The translations under genes were made by a program, and so were the position numbers. A stretch of DNA of 64,000 nt from Phoronis australis (lineage: Eukaryota; Animalia; Phoronida), in the NCBI GenBank assembly GCA_002633005.1, contig NMRA01000063.1, positions 1-64,000 of the forward strand, in the 5' to 3' direction. Below, piece by piece: positions 37,865 through 50,947 of the stretch (position 1 is the first letter of the stretch; the number at the start of each line of letters is the position of its first letter). A model generated the notes under the pieces. That model searched no databases. It had not been told where the DNA came from and saw nothing but the letters and a program-made list of their open reading frames with translations.

Positions 37865-38805
37865 TCGAATGCAGAACCAAATTGGCACATAATTCGAGAT
37901 TCTCTAAACGTCGTTTCCGGAGTATAGCACATGTAATCAATTACGATATGAGAAGCCGTAATTAATTGGAAAATATGTCTGGGATAATCAACAAACCTTA
38001 ATTTTTAATGAAAATGACCTGAAAAAAGGTTGCCTTCGCCTTTAAGTGCTTAGGTTTACCTCTGTACCTTAAGTCTTTTTTGATGATTTTTCATGAAATT
38101 TGGCAAACAAGTTTCTATTATGAAGACGACAGCACCTTTCCATTTTGGGAACGGATTCAACGTATTGTGCGCTGCCATTTTCATAACTTTCGAGTCGTCT
38201 GCCTCTGTAAATACCAAAATGCTCAAACATCATTATGAACATTTGGCAGACGTGTTTTAGCAACAAGCATGATTGACATGGACTTTATGATGGGTCCAAC
38301 TATATTTCCAGGTGATCAGTGCAATGGGCCCACATGCGAGGCCTGCGCGCGTCTGGTACATGTATCAGACCGCCTGCAATTATTATATTTTAACTATGGT
38401 GGTGCCCCCTAGTGACATTTTTTTGGCATCTGCAGATGGATCTCGTAAAGCCCTTGCAAATCTGTTTGGAAATTTGGCTAATGTAATGCTATTAACTTGA
38501 CAACAGATTGACAGATCTGACTACCACCACTTTGCCTCCCAAAGGCAATTTCTTTTTCCATGTTTGCCTCTGTAATGTTTGAGTTGTTGGATTTTCATGA
38601 AATTTAAAAAACAGTTTTGTATTCAGAAGACAATGATTCCTTCCCATTTTTGGACAGGTCCGACGAATTTTGTACCATCTAATAGTCATTTTTGTTATTC
38701 TTATAAACATCCCTAGAGCCTAGAGGCCCTGCAGAGCAGCCGTGGGTGCATTTAAATGCTTAGTATTGCTTTTCTTTGTTATCAAAATATTCACTCCTTA
38801 ACACT

Positions 38806-39250
38806 TGTTGATGCACTATTTTATTTTATAGTGCGTAAGGTTACATAATACTATGTGTGTCAATTGGCTAAAACTTCTTATATAACCGACGTTCCGCTCC
38901 TATCTGACCTTCTTGACATGAACCGCTATACTGGTAACGCGTACAACGCTAACGATGTTTTTAAGGAGCCTAGAGCCTATATCATTGTAAGTATATACTA
39001 TTTTTGTCATATTACCGTAGAATTCACTGGCTGTTTCTCGTATTGTGTATGACTGATTAGCCCATGCTGTATTACGTGGAATATCTTTATTGTATTGTAA
39101 CGTGAACGCTGTATTTCCAAAGACTTATTATTCGTTATATTTGTTTCAGTGAAACCGGCCTTGTCGGACAGTAAGCATAACGTCAACCTTGTTGAGAATA
39201 AACGTATCATATCCGACTATCCCGTGTGTTCAATGCCCATGGCTCCTACA
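38806..39250 (+). repeat. 5' LTR of BEL/Pao element
   Basis: TGTTGATG...CTCCTACA; TATA-like sequence at ~38879, AATAAA at 39197; about 10 substitutions and 1 indel versus the 3' LTR by manual count. Confidence 0.96.
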
Positions 39251-39261
39251 TATTGTTTCAA

Positions 39262-40850
39262 ATGACTGCTCAAGAGACTACCAAGAGTTTGGATATGAAT
39301 CCAGGAACAGCGGACGAGTTACACAATGCCCCTATCAACATCGATACCGGGAATAGGGAGCCAACAGAGCGTGACCTAAGAGCCACCCAACGAGCAAGGA
39401 AAGCTGAACTGCGAATTAAGCAAGACATTCTGAAATGACAGCAAGAGTTGGTTTTAGAAGAACTACGTTTGGATGCGGAACGACGCAAGGAGGACAGTAT
39501 AATATGTTTCAAGCATCAGGAACTTGAGATCCACGCTGAGTTGGCTGAGTTGGAAGCCGGGTTCGATGACGTTAGTGAACAGCATACCCCCTCTCGCAAC
39601 CCTCACAGTTCGTCACTCAATGAATCTGCATCAGATTTTGTGCCCGTATCTTCGTTATGTAATCCAGTGACTGTGACTATGTCGACACCTGCTGTGCTCA
39701 CAGTGCCTGGCTTTGCATCAGACTTTGTGCCCGTATCTTCGTTTTGTGATCCAGTGACTGTGTCTATGTCGACACCTGCTGTGTCTGCAGTGCCTAGGTT
39801 TGCACCCTGTGTACCTTGTGATCCAGTGACTATGTGGCAGGCTGCATCCGCTGCTCCCACACTAGCGCCACCTGTTATGAACTGTCATTACTATCCACCG
39901 GCTACATCGTCCTCGCCCGCATTGGCGACACCAGCTGTTAGCACTTGTTACTATCCTCCGGCTGTATCCGTCGCTCCCGCATTAGCGCCACCTTCTGTGA
40001 ACTCTCGTTATTTTATGCCAAGCCCCGAGAACGTTTCGGGTATTTTGGAGTTCGTTGCTAGAAGGTCCTTGCCTACACCTGAGATAAAGAAATTCAACGG
40101 GGATGCAGACCAGTACCGCCAGTTCATCAAGGCGTTTGAAGTTCGCGTAGAAAGCAAGCTGGATTCCGAGATTGATAAACTTTATTATCTAGAGCAGTAT
40201 ACCTCAGGAGATGCGAATGACCTTGTGCGAAGCTGTTTACATATGCCAACGGACAACGGGTATTCTGAAGCCAAACGGCTCTTAGAGCAACAATATGGCA
40301 ATAGTTTTGTTGTGGCAACAGCATATGTTCAAAAACTTTTGGAGTTTCCTCGGATCCCAAGAGAAGATTCTGTGCTGATTTCCCGTTTTTCAATTGTTCT
40401 AAAGACTGCTTATAACGCCTTGAAAGACATTAATCAGTTAATCCAACTTGACCATCCCAAAAATCTTCAAGAACTCATGTCAAAACTGCCTGCGCCTATG
40501 CAAAATAGATGGCGGCGCGAGGCCAGTAAGATTCGCGGCAGATTTACTCGTGACGTGACATTCGAAGATTTTGTGACTTTGTTTGTGATGAGTCCTTCAT
40601 CTTTTCTGACCCAGTATTCGGTAAGCGACCAACTGGTAAATTAGAGGTGAACATTACCCAGCATCAAACTGTCTCTTGCATCTACTGCAACAGCAACCAT
40701 CGCGTAGATGTTTGTAACGCTTTGTGTGCGAAACCTTACGAGGAAAGACGATTTGTGATTGAACGGAAATTATGTTTCGGATGTTTAAAACCCAGACATT
40801 CTTCGAAAAATTGTAGATCCAAAGGACAATGCAAAAAATGCAACAAATGA
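39262..40850 (+). pseudogene. BEL/Pao gag region (Pro/Ala-rich N-terminus, Pao gag core, Cys/His knuckles), interrupted
   Basis: IKKFNGD...F..AF...KLYYLEQYTSG.A core; CxxC...H...C and LCFGCL..H...C knuckles; premature TGA at 39436 and 40848, frameshifts around 40600-40750. Confidence 0.9.
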
Positions 40851-40862
40851 CACCCAACCATT

Positions 40863-43800
40863 ATGCACATCGACGGGTTTGAAGTTCCCAAGCGGCAACC
40901 CGCAGCAGCCAAACAGAACAAGTGGCAAGATGATACCCAACAAGAACGCCGAGATGCGACCACGAACACAGAATTAAGTGATCGTGGTGGTGATCGCCGG
41001 GGTACATTCGCCACTACGTCACACAACACTACAGTTATGATGCCGATCATACCTGTGCGCATCAAGAAGGTGGATTCTGAAGATAGTATCATCACCTATG
41101 CCTTCCTTGACAATGGTTCATCAGGCTGTTTTGTGACAAATGATCTGTTAAATCAATTGAATGTGAATGGCGTGCCGAGCAGGCTTCAGCTCACAACCAT
41201 GCACGGACAATCAGAGGTTGTAACGCAGGCAGTCACTGGACTGCAGATAGAGGATCTGACCGGCCGGAACGTCATTAACCTCCCTGTTGTATACGCCCGC
41301 GACGAAATTCCTGTATCTAGAGAAGGAATCCCCACCGCTCAAGACGTGGTCAAGTGGTCTTATTTAAGTCATGTAGACATTCCAGATGAAGACTCCGATG
41401 CTGACATCGGCCTTCTTATCGGCAGTAACTGCGCCAAGGCGACTGAACCACTATTGGTTGTAACTGGCAGAGACGGTGGTCCCTACGCTGTGTTGACTCG
41501 ACTCGGATGGTTGATCATCGGCCCCGTTTCCATAGCACTGCAGAACTTGTCAACGCGTGTTATTTCGTGCAACTATGTGTTTATGACGGAAAACCCAACC
41601 ACAGAAATGACTAGACAACTGTCAATATACGACCAAATGAAGGATGTCAGTCAAAGCCAGCTCCTTCAGAAATTATTCGAATACGACTTTTGCGAATATG
41701 CTGCTAACGAGAAGGACGACGCCGTCTACTCCCAAGACGACAGACGATTCCTACATGTTGTGAACCGAGGCGTTCAGCACGCAGATGGTCACTACATAGT
41801 TCCATTGCCCTTTCGAGAGGGAAGTGATACGTTCCCGAACAACCGAGAGATAGCCCAATCGAGAGCAAGAGGTCTTAAAAGAAGATTGTTGAGCAACTCC
41901 ACCTATCGACATGATTACGAAACCTTCATGAACGACATTCTGAGCAAAGGTTATGCTCGTAAAGTACCACCCGACCAGAAACCTGTGGAAGGCAAAGTGT
42001 GGTACATCCCGCACCACTGTGTTTACAACTCAAATAAACCAGACAAAGTATGGGTTGTATTTGACTGAAGCGCCAAATGCCAGGGAAAAGCTCTAAACGA
42101 CTGCCTTCTATCTGGGTCGAATTTAACCAATTCTATTGTTGGTGTGCTTACCAGGTTCCGGGAAGAGAGAGTCGTAGTCATGATGGACGTAGAGGCTATG
42201 TTTCATCAAGTGCGTGTACCGCCACATGACTGGGACTATTTTCGCTTTCTTTGGTGGCCAGATGGTAATTACAGCGCTGAGCCAGAAGATTTCCAGATGG
42301 TTGTCCACCTCTTTGGCGCATCGTCATCACCCAGTTGTGCTAATTTTGCGCTGCGCAAAACAGCAGATGATTTTGCGTACGACGATCCAGTGGTTTACAA
42401 CACTATTAAGCGTAATTTTTATGTAGACGACTGTCTATGGTCTGTCGAGACAACTGAAGAAGCTGTTCGCCTTGTTCGCAAACTAAGAGACGTCTGTGCC
42501 AATGGTGGTTTCAACCTGACGAAGGTGTTGAGTAATCGCCGAAACGTTATTGATAGTGTCCCTGAAAGTGACCGCGCCAAAGAAGTTAAAACCCTAGATT
42601 TGGCCATTGACGATTTGCCAGCCAGTCGTGCCTTGGGTGCGATATGGTCCGTTGAGAAAAGCGTGTTTACTTTCAAGACTCGTCTGAAAGACTACTCCTT
42701 CACCAGACGCGGTATTTTGTCTATGGTATCATCATTTTACGACCCCCTTGGTTTCGCCGCACCGGCAGTGCTTCCGGCCATACGTTATCTTCAACAGCTT
42801 TGCTGCAGCGCAGTTGGATGGGATGACGAAATTCCGAGCGACTTCCGATCGAAATTCATCGAATGGCAACAACAGATTTCCATGCTTGAATCATTTGTTG
42901 TCGGCCGCTGCCTCAAGCCTGTTGATTTTGGGGATGTAAAACTTCGACAACTGCACTGTTTCGCAGATGCCAGCTCTTATGCATACGGCTGTGTGATCTA
43001 CTTGCGACAGGTCGATGACTCAGAACGTATACATTGTTCTTTCCTGATGGCGAAGTCAAGACTAGCACCGCTTAAGCCCATCACCGTTCCCAGGCTGGAG
43101 CTTACCGCTGCAACAGTTGCCGCACGTATTGGCAGAATGATGGAAAATGAGTTAGAGTTTCCTGTTGACGATGTCATATTTTGGACCGACAGCATGACAG
43201 TGTTGCGCTACATTAACAACGATGCCAGGCAATTCAAAGTGTTCGTAGCCAACAGAATCAGCCAGATTCGTGACAAGTCGCTCCCCAGTCACTGGCGATA
43301 CGTGAAAACAACCGAAAACCCAGCAGACGTAGCATCACGGGGTACAAGTGCTGAGAACCTGCTGATCAACACGTGCTGGTTGAACGGACCCGAATTCTTG
43401 TGGAAGACGGAAGCCAACTGGCCAACGCAGGCCATCGTCACAAGTTTCCCCGATACTGACCCTGAAGTCAAAGTCGACTCATACGGTATGTGCACTGACT
43501 CCCCTGGAGATCCGCTAACTGTTTTAATCCAACATTACTCAAGCTGGTATAAGCTGACACGCGGATGTGCGTGGTTATTGCACTTCAAGGATTTATTGCG
43601 TAGGTGGGCTGCAGATAGAAAGGTTGTCGAGACCGAAATTGCCACGAATGTACATGATCCCCCAAAGATTGCACGTTTTGTTGACAGCCGAATGGCTCGC
43701 AAGAAGAAGTTTGATTGCCAGAACGCTCAACTGACTGTTGAACATCTTAACGTTGCAAAAATCGTGATCATCAAAAGTGTTCAGCGACAAGAATTTTCAT

Positions 43801-45083
43801 CAGAAATTTCAGCACTAAAGAACGGCGGGAAACTTTCAAGAGCAAGCCCTATCGTATCCCTCAATCCTGTGCTTGATGTTAACGGCGTTCTGGTTGTTGG
43901 AGGGAGGTTGAAGTGTGCTGAGATACCATTTACGGAACGTCACCCAATAATTATCCCTAAGAATAGTCACCTAAGTGACTTGATTATACGCGATGCACAC
44001 GAGAAGTTGGGACATGCAGGAAGAAACCATACCCTAGCGAAAATACGCGAAACTTACTGGGTTATCCATGCCAACTCAAATGTGCGACGAATTTTGCGAC
44101 AGTGTTACATGCAAACGCCTACAGGCTCCAGCGTCGTGCCAGAAAATGTCCGACTTGCCTGCAGATAGAGTCTCTTATGACGTCCCCTTTGCTCGGTCGG
44201 GCGTTGATTATTTGGGACCGTTTGTGATGAAAGGACGGCGAGAATGCAAGCGATATGCAGTTGTCTTCACTTGTCTTAGTATGCGAGCTGTTCACGTAGA
44301 AATCTCAAGAAACCTCGATGTGAGCTCCTTTATAAATTCTCTCCGTCGGTTTATGGCTCGGAGAGGTGAAGTGAAAGAAATCCGCAGCGACAATGCAACG
44401 AATTTTCGCGGAGCTGACCGTGAATTGAGGTTGGAGATTTCAAGATGGAACCAGCAACAGATCAATGATGAGTTGTTGAGCCGTGAGGTGAAATGGAAAT
44501 TTAATCCACCGACTGGAAGCCACCATGGAGGCGTGTGGGAACGTCAAGTTCGCAGTATCAGGAAGATACTTAATGGTCTTTTAAGGTTACATGGGAGAAA
44601 TCACAACGACAATGCTTTCCCCACTTTCATTTGTGAGGTCGAATCCATCATCAACAGCCGGCCGTTGACGACTGTTACTGACGATCCAAATGACATCAAC
44701 GCGTTGACACCGAACCACATTCTGACACTACGCTCGCAGTGGATGGTGCCGCCAAGAAAATTCGAGGAAAGTGATCTTACCTGTTGCAAAATGTAGAAGC
44801 GTGTGCAGTATCTGGCCAACTGCTTTTGGAATCGATGGCGAAAGGAATATTTAGTCACTCTACAAGAACGCTTAAAGTGGAAACGTGCTCACAGAAATTT
44901 ATCGGTCAACGCGTTTTGCTAATTGTTGACGATAACGTTCCCCGGAATTTTTGGAAGATGGCACATGTTGTGGAGCTGTTTCCTGGCAGTGATGGACATG
45001 TTAGAGTTGTTAAAGTTAGAACTCAGTTTACGTCTCTCATTAGACCCATAACTAAGCTTGTCTTACTTTTGTCAGATGTTTGA
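40863..45083 (+). pseudogene. BEL/Pao pol region (aspartic protease, RT, RNase H, integrase), interrupted
   Basis: AFLDNGSSG (PR); WYIPHH, DVEAMFHQV, FYVDD (RT); FADAS, PRLEL, WTDS, NPAD (RH); H..GH, GVDYLGP, SDNAT, GGVWER (IN). Stops at 42066 and 44794; frameshifts near 44100 and 44900. Confidence 0.95.
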
Positions 45084-45143
45084 TTTATGATTTATTGATT
45101 CAGTTACTTTATGTGTAAACTTTGTAGTTTACAGGGGGGAGTT

Positions 45144-45589
45144 TGATGATGCACTATTTTATTTTATAGTGCGTAAGGTTACATAATACTACGTGTGTCA
45201 ATTGGCTAAAGCTTCTTATATAACCGACGTTCCGCTCCTATCTGACCTTCTTGACATGAACTGCTATACTGGTAACGCGTACAACGCTAACGATGTTTTT
45301 ATGGAGCCTAGAGCCTATATCATTGTAAGTTTATACTATTTTTTGTCATATTACCGTAGAATTCACTGGCTGTTTCTCGTATTGTGCAAGACTGATTAGC
45401 CCATGCTGTATTACGTGGAATATCTTTATTGTATTGTAACGTGAACGCTGTATTTCCAAAGACTTATTATTCGTTATATTTGTTTCAGTGAAACCGGCCT
45501 TGTCGGACAGTAAGCATAACGTCAACCTTGTTGAGAATAAACGTATAATATCCGACTATCCCGTGTGTTCAATGCCCACGGCTCCTACA
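45144..45589 (+). repeat. 3' LTR of BEL/Pao element
   Basis: Direct repeat of 38806-39250, preceded by polypurine tract AGGGGGGAG (45133-45141). Confidence 0.96.
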
Positions 45590-45663
45590 ACACTGAAATC
45601 AATTTCTTCCAGAAGAGACAACAGAAACAGCAAACTTAGAAAGGTGAATGCCACTCAACTCAC

Positions 45664-45718
45664 TCTTAATTCTTCCACTTCTGTTCTGGGGATTCTTTTC
45701 TCAAAATCTTCGAAATGC
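45664..45718 (-). CDS. POLB: POLB coding exon: HFEDFEKRIPRTEVEELR
   Basis: 55 nt, attTAG/GTGAGT boundaries, FEKRIPR motif. Confidence 0.96.
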
Positions 45719-45961
45719 CTAAATGTAAGAAAACAGCATGTTTGCTTAGACTAGTAATTCACTACATGTTCTGAACAAATTTTTCCTCAAGACCAGATGG
45801 ACCCAGGTTGTTCAGACAGACACAAGTTGTTACCAAATAAGATGGCTATAGTAGACCTTTTTAATGTAGGCACTGAGAAATGTGAAATAAGTAGAAATCC
45901 ATGTTTACTGCCATATGTTGTGCTGAACATTAACAAATCATAACATGATAAATTCACTCAC

Positions 45962-46013
45962 TTAAGTCCAATTTGCTGATGGTGGTTTAGCTTATCTTTA
46001 TTCTTCCTCAAAT
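45962..46013 (-). CDS. POLB: POLB coding exon: (D)LRKNKDKLNHHQQIGL(K)
   Basis: 52 nt, ttgTAG/GTGAGT boundaries; matches DLRKNEDKLNHHQRIGLK. Confidence 0.96.
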
Positions 46014-47547
46014 CTACAAGAGAATCAATAAAGTGGGGTATTAAATCAATAAAACTTTAGACAAGTGCCTCAATAATTACTTGTCACCTCACCTTAAAAT
46101 CAACAGGTGCTATATCAAATAAGATTGCCTTTGTACTTTCTATGAAACTTTTGATACATTTCAAATCTATTTTGATGTTAGATATAACAAATCACCATGG
46201 CATTAATAAAATCACCATGGCAAAGTTTACAGAAAAATCACATCCGAATGCATGGTATTTGTCTGTAGCAATGTTAGGTGATATTATGACATACAATCCC
46301 ACAAAACATTAAGGATATCTCAAACCTTATTCACAAAAATTGGCCATTTCTTACAATATTTCACATATATCTGGCAAAATACCTTATCTTGATTCTCGGG
46401 GAAGTTCAAATACTAAATATACACCATGTAGCAATAAAAAAGATTCAACAGAACTGCACAAGAGCGAGAAAATTTGTTTATAACTTATCCTAGGTCAAAG
46501 GTTATAGGGCTGTCACTCAAATCAAATCTCCCACAAGACACAGAACAGCTCCATATGTACTCTCAGTCCTTTTATTCAGGGAGTTGCCATAATGTTGAGT
46601 CAACGAGGTGTACATATGATAGAAAGATGCCCGGGAAAACGAAGACAAGACAGTTTTGATCCTGAGGGAGTTGTGCATCTGCATGCATACAACCATTGAG
46701 GACAAATGCTCCGAGACACCTCTGTTACTTTCTGTTTATGAACACAGCAAGTTGTGAAGAGATAAATCCTCACCCATATTCCATAATTTGAAGGTAATTT
46801 GACATTTCGCTGTTTGGATCTCATGCTCACAACGTGCTTTAACCACCAACTCAATTTCTGTTATCCATTTTGTGCTTGTTTTCACAATAGTCTCCCGGCG
46901 CATGGTGAGTATAACAATGACCTGTTGACCTACTTAAAACTAGGTCAATAGTTTATTCCGCCTGTCAAACTGGAGACAGTAACAACATTGACGTTTTAGC
47001 AATAATTAAGTTAATTATGCACTGCAAATTCAGTTGATATTGCGAGTGAATGTGAAATAGAGAACATACTTAAGGCATACGAAGGTTATATTGATCAAAA
47101 ACAAGTTTTCATTGATAAATTAATCGACAACGCTGAGATTTGCATGTTTCACAACTTAATCGGCTATTTCTCAGCTTTGGCAAATCAACTTAATTTAAGC
47201 TTAGGAACATGAATTCTCAAAAACGACTCAGTGGATTTCACTGAAATTTTCGAAACTTAAAACAGTGCTGTTAGAATTTTCAATATAAAGGCCTAGTTTT
47301 GCGTAATGTAACAAAGACAAATATGACTGCTATTTTTTACAAAAATACCAATGTTTTGCAAGTTGATTTGTCATAGAAACCAAGCTAAGAGACTAATCAC
47401 AAATTCCAAACAGTGTTTTTGAGGTAACTAGTAAAGTTTTAATTTAAGAAAGGTTTCATTAAACTTGACCAAGGCATTACTTTGCTATAAATGTAACTTT
47501 CTTAAAAATGAAGGTGTTAATGTAATAAAAGTAATGACACATGAACA

Positions 47548-49347
47548 TAAAAGAGCAACGTGGAGTGTTGAAAAGCACCCACGACTGCACCGCAAACGGT
47601 GTTGCTTCTAGGGGTGTTTATTAGTATTATAAAAAATGGCCATTGGCTAGCACAGAATACATTGAACCCATCCAAAAATGGGAATGTGTCATCTCTCCAA
47701 ACTATTTGCCAAAGTTCATGAAAATCAGTCCAAAGATACAAAGGCAAACGAAAAAACTGCCACTAGAAACAACAGCCGAAGTGGAATCCATCCACTTGAT
47801 GTCAAGTTAACAGGAATAAAAGTATCGCAAAATTTCAAAAACATCTTGTAAGGGGTTTAGGATTTAAATCCGTAGATGCGAAAAAATGTCACTACGGAGC
47901 ACCACAATAGTTGGAGCCCTATGAAAATCGTCAGCCATGATCTTGTCAGTAGAATCATATCTGCCATTTGTGCAGTTTGGCAGACGACAAAAAACAGACC
48001 AAAAAATAATTAAAATATATTTATTTATTTATTAATGTAATATTTACAATGAGGGTAGCTTGTCGAATAGATAAAAAACTAGAGCAACGCGAAGCGTAGA
48101 TATGCACCCAAGGAAGCACCACAAATGGTGTGCTTCTAGGGGTGTTCATTTGTATGACATAAATGGCCGCCAAATGGCGCAAAATAACTCGAATCCATCT
48201 GAAATGGAAACTTGTCACTGCTTCTTTAATAAAAAGCTACATATCAAATATCATAAAAATCCGTCAACTGACGGAACTTCAGAGAAAGAGGAAACGGAAA
48301 TAAATGAAATTGTCACCAAAAAGCAGTTGTCCGATGTCAACTTCATATAAATACGCTTGCCAAATTTAATAAAGATCATGCAGAAGGCTTGGGAGGTACA
48401 GCCAGATGAAGAAAAAAAACTGCCACTAGGAGGCGCCACAGTAGTCCAAGCCGTCTGAAAATCATCATCATCGTCCTCTTCATAGTAGAAACATAAACGC
48501 CAATTTTCATAACCATACCTGCAGTTAAGGAGTTACAGCCGTAGATGCAAACAAATGCCACTAGGGGGTCACCACAATAGTCGGATGTGAAATTTGGCAG
48601 ATACGAAGGTGTACGTCAAAATCGTACTTAAATTTCTCATAATTGCCACCAGGTGGCACAGAATATGACAAATCTGTATTAAAACGGGAAGGCATCATTT
48701 CATGCAAATCCTAAAACAATAAAATTGCTACTAGGGGCAGAGCAGTAGTCAAATCGGTCCGAAACTCATTGTCGTCTGTCGTCAGCTTCATAGGAACACA
48801 TCTATAAAATTTCGTGATTCTTCAAAGGGCTAAGGAGATTCGGCCGCAGACTAAAAAAAAACAAAATTGCCACCATTTGGTGACACAGTTGTCAAACCCA
48901 TTCGAAAGTCAACATCAGTCGTGGCCTTCTCATCAGCAACACAACTGTAAATTTTCATAATGATGCTTTGAACAATATGGCAGATAGGGTGGCGGATGCC
49001 AGAAAACGGACGAAAAAATATCAAAAATGGACACAACATGGCATAAAACCCGTTGAATCCATCCGAAAAACAAATAGCTTCATTGCACCCATATTAAAAA
49101 TCTATATGCCGAATTTCATGAAAATCCATTGAGGCACTCCGAAGATAAAGAGGCAAACGTAAAAAAATAAAATTGCCAATAGGAAGCACAGTGGTATTCA
49201 GGTCAGTCCTATGTCTTCATCCCCACAGAAACACACCTGACAAATTTCAGAGGTTTAGGAGATACAGCCGCAGATGACAAATGTCAGACGCCCGGACAGA
49301 GATGACAGCAATATGCACCCACACATTTATATGTGGGCGTATAAAAA
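47548..49347 (-). mobile_element. Two adjacent family B copies (47548-~48000; 48077-49347)
   Basis: AACTAGAGCAACGCGAAGCGT hairpin end at 48077; terminal palindrome at ~49312-49347. Confidence 0.72.
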
Positions 49348-49683
49348 TATATTTCTATATTCCCGATCTTTTTTCTCTCAGAAAATGTATACTATTACTG
49401 GTTGACATGGCCTGGTTTGTTGGTATATGAGTTAGAAGAAAGGTCACTAAATAAGGTTTGAGATAACCTATAAATGATTAAGAAGACTTGTAGAAATCAA
49501 GCTCATAAGGGACCGTGTTTCAGCCTCATTAAACTGCAAATAATGAGATAACTGGTTAATCAAAATGAGTTGATGCTAAGAATGAAATTATAGCCCACAC
49601 ATCATAAAAGAGTCAGATAAACATGCAATTTTCAAGATTATCCTGGTCGTGATGACAGCTTTTAAATTTATGAGTCTTTACCT

Positions 49684-50907
49684 AACAAGAGCAAAGCGGA
49701 GCATTGAAATGCGCCCACAAATGCTTCGCAAATGGTGTGCTTTTAGGCTTACTTATTCATATCATAAAAATGGCCACTAGATGGCGCAAAAACATACAAT
49801 CCATCCAAAAACGGGAACATGCCATATGTCATGAAAATCTGTCAAGGAACTTCAGAGAAACGAAGGAAAATGAAATTGCCATTAGTGGGCACAGCGTCCG
49901 TTGGATCCACATGAAAGTCGTCCTCGTCTGTTGTTATCTTCAATTAAATACACTTACTAAATTTAATAAAGATCTTGCAGTGGGTTTAGGAGATATAGCT
50001 ATGGGCGCAGAACAAAACCAAACTATCACTAGGAGAAACCACAGAAGTCAGTCGCCACCATAATACGTCCTCTTCACACTGAGAACATATACGCCAATTT
50101 TCAAATCCAACTCTAGAATGATTTGGTTGATAGGGGGGGTGGACGCCAAAAACAAGATTTGAAAACAGCGAAATATTTCAATTCCATCCAAAAACAGGAG
50201 GATAGCGTCATCTCATCAATAGATGCCCCTATTCAAAATTTTATGAAAATCTGTTGAGCACCTTTGAAGATACAGAGGTAAAGGTAAAAAAATAAAATTG
50301 CCACTAGGGGGCACACCAGTTGTTGTTGTCCGTTGTTAACATCATATAAATACAATTGCTAAATTAAGTACAAATCCTGCAAACGGTTTAGGAGACATAG
50401 ACATGAGCGCAAAAAAACAAAACTGCCACTAGGGGCGTTACAATAGTCGAAGTCGTCGGAAAATGATAGTCATCCGTCGACTTTATAGTAAAAACATACA
50501 TGCCAATTTTCATAATCAACCTTTGAGCAGTTTGGTTGATAGAAGGGTGGATGCAAAAAACAGAGTTGAAAGCAGTAAAAATGGCCACTAGGTGGTGCAG
50601 ACTATAACGAATCCATCCGAAAACAGGAGGATAGCATCATCTCACTAATAAGTGCCTATGTACCACATTTTATGAGGACTTTTGAAGATACAGACATAAA
50701 CGTAAAAACTAAAATTGCCACTAAGGGGCACACTGGTAGTCGGGTCCATCCAAAAGTTCGCTCATGCCGTCCCATCCACGAAAGGAACACATGTGCAAAA
50801 TTTCATGAACATACGTCAAGGCGTTTTGGAGATAGAGCAGCGGACGCCGGACGGACGGAGATGACGGCATAATGCGTCCACATATAAATATGTGGGCGCA
50901 TCAAAAA
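49684..50907 (-). mobile_element. Complete uninterrupted family B copy (~1.2 kb)
   Basis: Hairpin end plus ATGCGCCCAC subterminal repeat at ~49709; (GGAC)n microsatellite and terminal palindrome at ~50840-50907. Confidence 0.8.
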
Positions 50908-50947
50908 TAAATGAGCATGTAAGCGTAGTTTCAGTTCTATTAATATT

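Larger units (their letters stand above)
36594..38041 (+). mobile_element. Kolobok DNA transposon, internal deletion derivative
   Basis: TTAA on both sides (36590-36593, 38042-38045); ~125-bp imperfect TIRs starting AGGC(A/G)AAGGCAACCTTTTTTCA; convergent THAP and Cys-rich ORF remnants. Confidence 0.88.
36545..38780 (+). mobile_element. Family B fragment in the opposite orientation, hosting the Kolobok
   Basis: CCCTAGTGGCAATTTT and GTGCCCCCTAGTG (reverse motifs); GTGGGTGCATTT 3' end at ~38742. Confidence 0.62.
38806..45589 (+). mobile_element. Full-length BEL/Pao LTR retrotransposon, antisense in a POLB intron, disabled
   Basis: TG...CA LTRs of 445/446 bp, 5-bp TSD ACACT (38801-38805 and 45590-45594), PPT before the 3' LTR, gag-PR-RT-RH-IN order with Pao-type motifs. 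Confidence 0.97.

Noticed and set aside
39448-44796. An active retrotransposon or env-bearing retrovirus
   Set aside because: Several stops and frameshifts; only about 60 bp lie between the pol end and the 3' LTR, leaving no room for env.
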